From Oopsacas minuta (Eukaryota; Animalia; Porifera), in contig JAKMXF010000005.1 in assembly GCA_024704765.1 (NCBI GenBank), forward strand, positions 62,001 through 126,000: 64,000 bases of DNA, in the 5' to 3' direction. Of this stretch, positions 26,244 through 38,094 are shown in pieces. The first letter of the stretch is position 1, and each line of letters opens with the position of its first letter. A program made the position numbers and the translations under genes. The notes below the pieces were generated by a model, which saw nothing but the letters and a program-made list of their open reading frames with translations, did not search any database and was not told the DNA's origin.

Positions 26244-27284
26244 TCTATATTATTAAATCTCAATGATTGTTTGTTTGTCCGTTGTCAAGGAATGGATTTA
26301 TGATATACAGTTTTGAAATTTCCGCATAATTATGTACTTATTGTGTTTATCAAGGAAGTAAATAGAATTCAATAAACTTCACCAAATACATCGAACCTGT
26401 TGAATCCGATTTTCACACTTTTGGATTAATCATATGTAAATTTATTGTTGTTTTATTAATATAAAGTAAACATATTTCAAAATTGAGGTAGAATCATACT
26501 TTCAACGACTATCCTGGAGTAATTGAGTATGCTGAATCCGAATATGGCATAGTTTGTTTCTTAGTCCGTTGTTTGTATACATTTATTCTTGTTTTTAGGA
26601 CTATAAAGTAAGCAAATCATTGAAGCATATGATATCTTTTTAAAGAAGCTCAAAACGGCATAATGGATAATAGATTATACTTAATTATTGTCCTACAAAT
26701 ATTTAACTTATTTAGTAAAGGTACTGTTTCGCTTGAAAGTTTATTCATCACGTTAATTTTGTTTCAGATGACAGTAGAAATTGTATGTAGTAACCTAAGT
26801 TACTAAATAGATTCCAGCTAATTTTTCATTTCTAGAATGAATACAAGTAGGCGTAATTAATTAATGCTTAATTTATTACTACATATGTAATACAATTATC
26901 AAACTTTTTATTATACGAATTTCTCTATTGATATTTGGAATAGATATTTGAAAAAGATAATTAAAAAAGAACCAGGATTGCCCTGGTCATTATTCCAGCT
27001 ATGCCTGAAGCTGAGCATAGGCGTTTACTTCGTCAAAACGAATCTCAGGAAGAAAAATCAGAACGTCTCCGGAAACAAAGGGACCCGCAGTGGGCTATTA
27101 TTGCGAATTTCTAGTATTAGGGTTTTACGCGTTGAATTTTAGAGATAGGCTTATAAAATACATTATTACGTATAGTTAGTCGACTATTGCGGTTTTTTTG
27201 TTGATTTCAATTTTGTTGTATGACATCAGGTTTTCAATATATGACGTAATCATAATTACCATATATAGTAATATAGAAATCTAG
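26244..27284 (+). mobile_element. Non-autonomous Helitron-like element
   Basis: Starts A|TCTATATTATTAAA and ends at CTAG (27281-27284). An internal remnant MPEAEHRRLLRQNESQEEKSERLRKQR resembles the Helitron N-terminal 'E..E.R..RL' repeats. Confidence 0.6.
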
Positions 27285-27332
27285 ATATACACTAAACTGA
27301 GTTGTTATTATAAGAAATAGAATATGAATATA

Positions 27333-28699
27333 CCGGGTGTTTCAAAAAAAACAGGCTCCAAAATCATGGAGCTATATTTCAGACGATTCTATGTATTCAG
27401 ATATACCATTGATAACTAGCATAAATATACTACTTTTTAACAATATAACTAAGGGAAAAGGTTGAAATTACTGAAATACCCAACTTATAGCATATGTTCT
27501 AGGTGACCGCCATTAACTTCCATGCATTTTCTTAGTCTTTTCACAAAATTCTTCATTACATCCATGCACACTGACTTTGGAATCTTTCCCATTTCATCCT
27601 TAATGGATATTTTTAGTTCTCTGATGCTCTGGGGTTTGTTAGCATATACTTTATCCTTCAAATAGCCCCAAAGATAGAAATCAGGGGGGCTCAGGTCCGG
27701 GCTATGAGCGACCCACTCAAAGGGGGTCAGTTGACTGATGATTCTGGTTCCAAAGTGGTTTTTAAGCCATTCCCTAGCAATTAATGAGGTATGGGCAGGG
27801 GCTCCATCCTGCTGGAACCATAATTTGGGTAGTAGAGAGGGGTAGAGTGATTCCACTTCTTTCCAGAACTCATTAAGCACCTTGATGTAGCGTTCCTTTG
27901 TCACAGTCACATTTCGACCATTTTCTTCGATGAAAATAGGTCCAATGATGCCTCTCGCCCCAATAGCAGCCCACATGGTGCATCTTTCGGAATGTAATGG
28001 CTTCTGAACTATCTCTGAAGGCTTCTGAGTACCCCAAAATACATTGTTCTTACTATTGACCCGCCCATCCAGCTCAAAATGAGCCTCATCCGAGGTGAAG
28101 AGAAGCCCAGGAATGAGTCACAACTTTCAACTTTGGCGACCAATTTCTCAGCCATAGCTACCCTCTTGACCTTATCTACATTTGATAGCTTCTGGCCAGT
28201 TTGTATTCTATAGGGGAAAAAGGACAAATCTTGTTTCAAGACTCTCCAGAGGGTGGTAGGGGTGATACTAAGAGACTGGCTCCTCTTCCGGATTGACCTT
28301 TTTGGGCTGTTTCCAACTGCCTCCCTGACATCATCAATAACCTCCGCAGTTCTCTTCCTAGGTCTCCCAGAATGAGTTAGACGCTTGGAATCCTTTGTAT
28401 TTAGGTTTAGCACGGTCCCATAAGCCCTACAATGGCTAACCCAGGATTGAATCACACTCTTACAGGGCGAGGAAGCTGCCTCAAACTTTGCATGAAATAA
28501 CTCATTGACCGTCGTAAACGACCCATGTTTGAAGTAGAATTCGACACAGAATATGCGGTGTTCCAACTTCCAATTTGGCATGGATGTATTCACAGGAGTT
28601 GTTTCTGCCATATAGTGAAGAGAAAATATTGCTATAATAGAATACCTGTACATAGAGAGAAAGAGATGTAACTGGGGCCTAATTTTTTGAAACACCCGG
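27333..28699 (-). mobile_element. Near-intact DD41D (rosa) Tc1/mariner element
   Basis: TIRs CCGGGTGTTTCAAAAAA and TTTTTTGAAACACCCGG with TA duplication. The transposase (~28608-27485) has SDEAHF, WFQQDGAPAH and SPDLSPPDF, with 41 residues counted between the 2nd and 3rd D. One apparent frameshift near 28105. Confidence 0.95.
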
Positions 28700-29003
28700 T
28701 ATTATGGCTATGGTAACTGAAGAATAACTAACATACGAATATCTTATTAATGAATTAATGTTAAATGCAAGAAGAATTCATCTATGGAATTTTGAAGGAG
28801 AGAATCTTCACTATCAATATTATTAGTAACGTTTTCACTTGCCTGTTTTTTTACATAATTCTTTTGATGGCCTACTTGATCACAGGTGGAACAAATGATG
28901 ATCTTTCGGTATAACTATAGAATCCGACACCCAAACTTTTTTAATGTAGTCAAAAATCGCTATATGCACCGTTGAAGAACTCGTTGTCAGAAGCTGATAG
29001 AGC

Positions 29004-32000
29004 TGTTGCGTAGGATTTTGACCCGCAATATAACATCCTAATAGCATATCCATAGTGCGAGTCAAATCCTATGATGTAATATATGCGTAGGATTTTGACC
29101 CGCATCAAAATGTATTACACTAATTACAGCCGTAAGATTTTGACCCTCATATAATAAATTATTGTCGGAGGATTTTGACCCGCATATAATGTATTATTGT
29201 TGTAGGATTTTACCCTAAAGTAATTTTACTTCTCTGTCATTTGACTTTTTCGATTTCCATACACTTTCATTACGTATTACCACTAAATATACATAATGTA
29301 GTTCAACTTTGGACTAGCCATACGTATACGTAACTGAATAAACAAGCCAATTTACAGATGGATTCTAGAAAGTAGTGAATTTGTTTGATAACATGTAAAC
29401 TATGTTCCAACTACGTATAACAAATTTACAATATGTATAATTATCCAACATACCAAAAGTGTACAGTGTATATAAATATTTTACAATAATATTACTTGGA
29501 CAGAAGGTGGTAGGTATTTGATAATTGTATTTAATAACTCATAATAAATAATATAATTTAACATTTCAATCTATATATTGCAATATAATCTATCAAATAA
29601 CAAAATTTTTACAAGCATTAGCATGATAATGAATATTCGGAATATCTTAAGTACGAATTGTAGGCGATTTCATCTTTGCCCATTTCTCTATACTTCCTGA
29701 CAAGCTTTAAGGAATATACCACTGAAATTTGTTCATCTATTGGACAAGCGTAGACTATGCATTTGTTATGGGAGTCTTGGTATAACGTTGATTCACATAT
29801 CGAGTTGAGGTGAAAACCGCGAGCCTCTGGCACGCTGCATACTTCCTGGAAAACACTAGATTTCTATAAACAAAACAAGTCAGCTGCAGTGGCCTCGTCC
29901 TTCCCCTTACAGCCACCCTCTAACGCTAAACGTTTAACGTTAACCTCACCTTGTTTATGTGTGCGGTGTAGGAGTGAGTTTGATGTGATGGCGCCAGATC
30001 ACACCAAATTCAATTCTAAGCTGCAACATAAACGAATATGTACAATAAATCGTAATTTAACAGACACACGAGGAGCTAACGGTTCCCGAATGATCACAAA
30101 CAAGGAAACATTAAAAATATAAAATAGATAAGAAACTCGTGTGTATCAGATTCCATGCTGTATTTCGCATTGGTGTAGACTCGTCAGTTGCGCTATCTTT
30201 CTCGCAATATACTTAGATGGTGGAGTGTGATATTCGCCACTGTGGATGTGCTGTTGCAGGTCGCGTTTCCATTGTTTGGGCTCACCATTATAGGGATTGC
30301 GTTGCCTGAATAACCTCGGGCAGAGGTCCCCACAAGGTTCGATGTACCTTGCCTTTGAGCGCTTTCGAATGATGGAAAAGAGTCGTGAATCGCTAAGAAT
30401 TAGTCAGAAGAGTGCAAGAGGTAGAATACAGTATTGAGTGATCCGATGAAAGTGTCACAGTCCCAAAGTTGGATAATTGGTTTTCTCATTCCGTCATATT
30501 TATAGAATTGCCCGTTTTGGTAAAGGATTGAATAGAAGTGTCTATTACTCAATATGCTTAAGCCAGCAAGTTGGTAGTGAAGTGTCCGTTGGTTGTGACT
30601 GATGGTAAAGTGTTTGTCAATATCACTTGCAAAAATGTCTGGCAATTCGGGTAGATGTCCGATTTCAATTGTTAGCATGACAGGTATTGACTTGAATTGA
30701 CCAGATATCCTCTCTAAGACAGCAGTAGTTGATCCACAAGACTTGCATTTAATAGGAACGAGACTTCGATTAACAGATGATTCCAGGTTTGTAATAACGC
30801 CTCCTATATTACTAATCATGGATTGTGTCTCAAGATACTGGTGCATTGGTGGCATTGGAAGATAGTGAAATATTTGTCGTTGCACAAATCTTCTGTTCGC
30901 AAATATTTGATGATGTTACCCTCTGATCTAAAGACATCGTAAGTCCGTATCAATCCTGAGGAATCATAAATAACTTCAAGCCCAATTTTAGTAGCAACAT
31001 ATTCTCGAAGTTTCTCAAGTTCACAATTAGCAGCCAATTCGAATATGTAGTGGAATTCAGCTTCAATATGTGTACTTCCGATTAACTTCAGTGAGTCTAT
31101 GATGGTTGCTTTATTCGAACTAAGAATAGCCAATATATTGTCGATAGAACAGGTGTTAGATTGCACGATGTTGTTATACTCTCCTCCATTTAGGATATGT
31201 ATAAGATCTGATGCATTTTGTATAGATTGTTCTGGTATTTCAATGATCTCATGAGCTTGCTCAGTTGGGAATATTAACTCAATTATTACTGGTAATAGAA
31301 CAGCAATTGGATAGCCAAGATCTTTTCGTGTCTCTTCAAGTATTTCAGTAGGATAGGAGGAACGATATTCTGCGTACCAATTATCGGCTGATACAGCAAG
31401 TTTCTCCTTAATCTCAAAATCTTGTTCGTTGGGTGGATGGTAAGACTATAGTAAAATCAATGAAGTTAGAGATGCAGCTTTTGTAGCGAGTTTCTCATGT
31501 GGTTAGGTTAAGTATGTGTTATTGACAAGGGCTGATAGTATTCGAGGTTTCAATTGAAATAGCTCAGAGTCGATATTTTCATAGGTTGAGTGTTGTTGCG
31601 GTGTTTCAAATGTTTCTTCCATGGTATCCAGGTTCAATATATCATCCAAAGAATCTAAATACAAATAAATATGTGAAATGTAGGATTGCTATTACGTATT
31701 AATCGAATCAATACAGAACACAACTAGTCTATATGTACTTAATCATGGGCTGAGTCAATTAGTTATAGTTCAGTACAATATTGTCTCGCTAATATATTTA
31801 CCGCTAGAAGGGAATTTGCAAGATCTTTTGGACTTCTTTGATTTGCCTGTCTTCGTTCGAACCTGCCGTTTTTCGTTCATGCGAGAATGATATTTTCTTG
31901 ATAGATGGATAGGTAATTTTGTTGTTTTGCTATCTGGATCTTTGCGAGCAACTAGGTGGCTTGGTTTAACTTTCTCTATCGTATATGGCCCCAAATATTT

Positions 32001-34903
32001 CTTTGCATCTTTTGTTCCTGGGTGTCGCTTGGCTTTCTTTATATTATGCACAAGTACCTCATCTCCTTCCACAAATTCTGATCTAAAGTTTACACAATAA
32101 TTATACAAAGAATTATAATGTGCCAATTACGTACAGTTTGTAATGATGCTAATGATATAACTAAAAGTAAGTGTTTTGGAATTTAATAATTCATATAATT
32201 GAGGAAACAATAAATTAGTTCCGATTCAAGATTATTTCATATTTATCGGATTATAGAACAGTCAGTGAATTTAATTTAATTTTAGTAAGAGATGATATAT
32301 GAAATTCCAACATGTTACATCACACAAGAATGTGTTTCGTTATTTCTTACCTGTTGTGTTTAACTTTGCTGTCATATGTTTTCTTTTGAACTTTCTGGCC
32401 GGCCTTGATGTTTTTAATAGCAGTCATCCTGTCGGCTTTACGTGTGGAAGAAAGATTTTCTATCCATTCGTTATCAATTATAGGAAAGTCAAATGGGCGT
32501 GGTTCGTTTGCATCCATTTGAATATTCTCATCTTCTGATACTTCTGCCTCTGAGATAACAACTTCGGTTAGTAATCCGGGGTTAGTTGGAGAAGTGATAA
32601 GATTGAGAAGGTTAGATGAATCAAAGTCTCTCCCAAACATGAGATAAAAGGGTGTGTAGCTTGTAGAGATTTTGGTTTGAGTATTTGCTGCCAGTACTGC
32701 TGTCTGTAATTTCTCTGTCCATTTAGTGTCCCCATCAGATTACATCTTGTTGATTTTTCTATTTGTAAAAGTGTTAAATTAATTCAAAGCTATCTAATTA
32801 TAAACGACGTATATTAAACGTATGTAAGGCTTTGAATAGATATATATATATATATTTATACTTAGCATCATTACTCACGTTTTCAATATTCTGTTGTGTG
32901 ACTCAACAAGTCAGTTACTTTGTGGGTGGTATGCTGTGGTTCTTCTGGTGTTGACATTTATCTTTTTGTGAAATTCTTGAAATTCCTATTTTGAAAGTAA
33001 CTAAGAGAACGATAACAATCTACTAAGCGCATGTATTTAGTCTTGTACAACAATAGTTAGAAAGATAAAACGATTAATCTGGTAAATTTTCCATCCGAAG
33101 GTAGTAGGCATTAATTCGGAAATTCTTATTTATTAGTATTTAACATAAATTAAAATCCAATTTTCCACACGGTTCTTAAATATAGCCATCAGGGTGCACA
33201 ATTTCCTACCAGGGTATATATTGAAGCAATGCGCTGACAATTGACAATGCAACATGTTACGTACGTATATCCAATATAGTAAGTTGTTTTGTGTATCGGG
33301 AATAATTTACTTGGTGTATTTACAATTACTAATCTTGAGTATGTAAAAATATGAGTTACCTTGCTTGAGAATTCTGTTCCCTGATCATGTTGGAGGATGT
33401 TAGGTACACCGAACGAGAGATAAATTTCCTGTAAACAATCTAATATTTCTTTAGAAGTTTTAGTCTTGAGTGGTCGGGCAATTATAAATTTACTCAGGTA
33501 GCACACGATGACAAGAATGTGCTGAAATCCAAGTACAGTGCGGGACATATTGCATATGAGATCAATTCCACAATGACACCATGGTTCTTCAGGAGGAATA
33601 GGTTGAAGCCTCGTTGTGGCTGAGGAGGTAGAGCAGCAGAGGTTTGACAGTCATGGCAAGTTCGGATCTAGGACGGGAAATGATTTAATTGTCAGTTTGT
33701 AGTCCAGTCTAATGTTTGCTACATTCCAGATGTCCCGCTAAATTAGCATTCTGTCCCGCTTTTTCTTCACTCAGGTTGGGAAATATGTTTATGTGAAATA
33801 CTCCCACTACCTATCCCAATTACTAACTACCACAAGGGTCATTAGTTGTTAGATACATGGTTGGTTGGTTGTACCGCACAAATAGATTTCCATATGATAA
33901 AATTGTATACCGGTATACTAAATATCATCAGATCGCACAATATTAATTTTACAATAGTACAAATAAAGCTGTATACAGTAGAATAATTACAAGGTGAATA
34001 ACCTCAAACTATAAAATACATGCTGTCCTCAGACTTACCAACCCCTTTCGCAAGTATCCCTGGATTTTCAGAATTTGTAATCCTGGGATCCCTGGAGGGT
34101 TGATAAGTCTGTGTTCTCAGCCACATTTTCTTGGAAAATCATGTATGAAAGAAATACGTAATTTAGTAACTCACATAATATCCAACATCATTGTCTATAC
34201 CATTCCAATCATATTTGTTTCCGATTCCATCAATGGTAGTATTGATTCCAGGATGAGTGACATTGTGATAGAATCCGATAATTTTGTTAATTTCTGAGAC
34301 TAGTGGAATCTCCAAATATTTCACCCAGCCATTTTCTTTCTGAAAATCTACAAGAAATTGTTTCAGTTAAACTCAGAGGTTGTAGGTAGCATTGAGGGGC
34401 AGAGGAGCCCCCTAGCGTTTTCGCCCTTCTCATCTCCCTGTGGTACGCAAATTTAATGAGGCAACTACATATCTGCCTCCTCGCAGATATGTAATTACCT
34501 CAAGATTTCTAATTATGTCCCGGAAATAAGTATAAATCAAAAATATCATTCAGGATTATACCTTCATTAGCTTATTCTCTTGAAAGTAAATCCCCTTGCA
34601 CTTTCTGAGAAACTCTTCTTGCTGTAGCGATCACTCTTGATTTCCGGTGGGATAATATTCGTCTGGAGTTATCCACGAATTGCTTCATACTTTGTCGCAT
34701 CCATAATGAAAAATGTCAAAAGTAAATATAAGTGTTGATGTTGAAATCTAGAAACAAAGTAAGATGTTAGTATGTGCATTTAGGAAGTCCCACATGTATA
34801 AATACGAATAGTATGTGACTAGGGGATGAAATGTCGATATTACTTGATTTGCAATTGCTACTTGCGCGTCAAAATCCTTCGCAGGTCAAAATCCTACGCA
34901 ACA
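29004..34903 (-). mobile_element. Ginger-type DNA transposon, left copy, complete with TSD
   Basis: TGTTGCGTAGGATTTTGACC TIR at both ends (TGT...ACA termini), subterminal GGATTTTGACCCGC repeats, and a perfect 4-bp TSD GAGC (29000-29003, 34904-34907). Encodes a Gypsy-like integrase with no RT or gag. Confidence 0.93.
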
Positions 34904-35401
34904 GAGCTTTCGAACTCAAAAATCGGATGGAAACTGACGAAGTTACGAAAATCTCCCAAATAAACCAAATCCTATGGAGAAAATTGTATTAGGCACTATC
35001 TGAAATAATGCTGATGAATTCTATACAAACTACCATAGGAATGCACATATAATCAATCTTGCGGTTATCAACGCTTGCGTCAGTTGATTGATTCTTTTAT
35101 GAATTTATTAGTTTGCGTAATTTGTATTTATTACTATTAAGAACAGTCAATTTAAACCTGGTGTGACCTGGTTCCCAAACAGGTGAAAACCTGTCCACAC
35201 CGTATATCGCGAAAACTATAATTCGCATCGCTTAGCTTTAAAAAGGAAAACGGTAGGTCTTGGCCTCATCTAGCCAAAAAATACCACTTGGATCACATCC
35301 AGCTATCCCAACAATAGGTGTTATGCACTATTAATGTTGCCAAATAATCATCAAGTACATTTCAAAGATATCTTAACTAGGATTCATTTGTTGCTTAGAA
35401 A
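29515..35401. repeat. Left arm of a 5887-bp inverted duplication (partner 38095-43981)
   Basis: All listed ORFs mirror exactly (paired coordinates sum to 73496) with identical translations. Spot-checked bases agree. Identity breaks at 35402/38094 and at 29514/43982. Confidence 0.96.
34030..34110. mobile_element. 81-bp MITE (CAGACTTA TIR family) inside Ginger intron 2; mirrored at 39386-39466
   Basis: CAGACTTACCAACC...GGTTGATAAGTCTG with flanks TGTCCT / TGTTCT (6-bp TSD, 1 mismatch). Confidence 0.75.
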
Positions 35402-36065
35402 TAGTCCAAATTTATATATTTAACCCAAGTAGAACTGGCTCCCTTGCTTGTCATTTTATCGCACTGGCTTCAAAAACTCTAGAAGTAACAAAAGGAGTCA
35501 TGCCACAACCTTCATAATTAATACGTTTATTCACCCATTTTCTAGCTGCAAATGACCGGATCCAACTTAGTATTCATGTTGTTATCCAGGTGCAAACGCG
35601 TTTGATGTTTTAGGGACCTTTGAGTCTATACGCTAGCGATATAGGAACGGGGTTAGATAGTGTCACGGTTGCTCCTGAGTCTGGGCTTATGTTAAAAGCA
35701 CAAGTTGAATTGTTGCAGTGGGACTTTTTATGTATTATTGTTTCGGTCCGTTTGCATGTAAACTGTCTGCAAATAGTAATCTCTTCGTTGAACTAGTTCT
35801 TCAGCTCGTTTGTGTAAAAATTATTTGTAAATATGTATGATCTGAACTACTTCCTGCGCTTACACAGGGATCACGACATCAATACGACAGGAATAGAAAC
35901 AACCCGGCAATAGCTGTTATTTTCCAACGGAAGTTGCAATTGTTACTGTTCACAGCTAATAATAGTATGTCGTTCACAATTAACAACAAGTATTCTGTTA
36001 ACAACACTACATAACTTCTAATGTCAGCCGGGGTGAGTATTTATTTCAAGCCACCCTATGCCCTA

Positions 36066-37200
36066 GGGGCAGTTATTCGAGGCAATATGGGCGCATTTTA
36101 CTAGTTTCAATGTCCTTTAGAATAGCTTATGTTAACATTTAGCAAGTATGTGATGTAAGAGTGTACAATGTAACTATTCTTAACAAAGTAATTCTGCATA
36201 TATACTAACAACTAAATTACACAACAAGATATAATTCTCTAATGCACTTGACGATGCTGTTTAGGATGTTTCCTTTATTCTTTCTTCTCCAACAAGACTT
36301 GATAAGGTGGGATTCTAGCAATTCAGGATTTGTTGTTTGGCCTCTTCTTTGGCTTTTCTTGACTACACCCCCCAAGCGTTTTCTATCCCTTGTGTATGGG
36401 TACCGTCAATTGGATCCACAAAATTCTCAGAATGGTTCACAGTGTGATGATCGCAGCCTGCAGCTGGGACAACATTATAAGCAGCCCATTCGTCTGAATG
36501 GATGGTAGTTCCAGGTAATACATATCGCTGAATGATGAGAAGTAGAGTTGCAGCTGAGCGATCGGGAACTGGAATCATCAGTACGTTATCAGTACCTTGC
36601 TCATATATACCGAAAACCCATTGACCAGTGGGTAATCTACCATGGTTATATTTTCGTCTCCCAAATTTCGATTCATCAATCTCCACCACTGTACCGGGCC
36701 CGCCTATTGGCTCCTGATTTATTATTAGATCCTCAATGCAAACATCTCTCATAAAATTCTTCCAGTCCACAACAGTATTCGGAGACCATTGCAATTGTTT
36801 CTCAAGAAATGCGTGTGACTGTATATCTTCACTCCCAAAATACAAGAACTGCATTAGTGAGGGAAGAGATAGGTTTGCACCCTTGAGGAAAGACTCATAA
36901 CAAAGTGAACAGGTTGTCTTACACGCTCTACATCTCCATTTCTTATTGTTCTTAGAATCGGTAAATGTACCTACATACATTATTGAGCCGCATCTGTACT
37001 GGACTCCTCGTGGTAACAAGCCATAATGCTTAAGCCAATCTATAGTATTTTTCAGGGAAGAAGACAACTGAAAGAGATCAGACAGTAAAAAGCTTGCTGA
37101 AATGTCAGGAATAATCAAGGGTTCGAGTAATATTGTGTGGTGCATTGTGGTTTGAATGATAGTAGTATATTACCAAATAATGTACGAAAGGTCTTTATAT
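36066..37200 (-). mobile_element. Merlin / ISXO2 transposase, near full length, in the spacer of the large inverted duplication
   Basis: The ORF at 36363-37145 has GGPGTVVEIDESKFGRRKY, WVFG, LPGTTIHSDEW and VNHSENFVDPIDGTHTQGIENAW. The C-terminus continues after a frameshift to ~36230. Putative terminus GGGGCAGTTATTCGAGGCAAT at 36066. Confidence 0.92.
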
Positions 37201-37494
37201 ACTAACATACATTACAACCCATTCACATTTTTGGAATGCTTTTTACTTAAGCGACACAATTAAAGCTTAGATTGTGTGGTTGTTTATGGTCAACATTTTA
37301 TTGCACAGTGTAACTTGAGTATAATTTGTTCAAAGGAATGTAGATTTTCATTAGTGATAGAAAATCATAGTGGTATCAAGTTACTATCAACGATTAACTA
37401 TACGACGAGTAATACGTATATTCAATTCATATACTATGATCATTGAGTTGTTGGGAAATTCAGTCAAATCATACACAAGTATAATATAACCTAA

Positions 37495-37569
37495 AGTCCA
37501 CCATACACGATGCAATTTTGTCGCATAAAACAGTTGCAATCAATCAAGTTGCATCGTGTATTGTGGACT
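37495..37569. mobile_element. 75-bp PIF/Harbinger-type MITE
   Basis: AGTCCAC.ATACACGATGCAA and TTGCATCGTGTAT.GTGGACT arms, with TAA on both sides (37492-37494, 37570-37572). Confidence 0.75.
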
Positions 37570-38094
37570 TAACAATGCACGTATTTCCTATGGATATTCC
37601 TTTAGCCAATCTGAATAATATATTGGGAATCAGTGCTGGAACCCAATTTGCACAAACTACATTATAACCACACTGACTTTAGCAAAGAATGTGTAAATTA
37701 TGAGCAAAATATGTTAACTTGGAACCTGGGCGAGGGATGGCGCTGGCAAAAAAGGGCATAGATCCATAAATTATGGGACGAATTGTAAAATCTTGTGATT
37801 TAGTACGAAAATGATGGCAAAATCCGTACATCTTCGCAAATTATTCAAAAGTGGGGGACACTTCCTCCTCCGTCCACCCGAGAATTACTCCCATGGTAGC
37901 ATATTACGCCACTTTGTATCCGGAAACTTACAGTATAGCTGTATTGGGGACTGTGAGGCTAGTAACAAACCTCTAGAATCATTAAGTAAAGAAGCCGCAT
38001 GTACAGATATACTAAACAACTAATATGTAACATCAACAGAGTAAATTTAGCGATACTGAAATGTCTTTATCATTCATCTTAGTTCAAGATGTGT

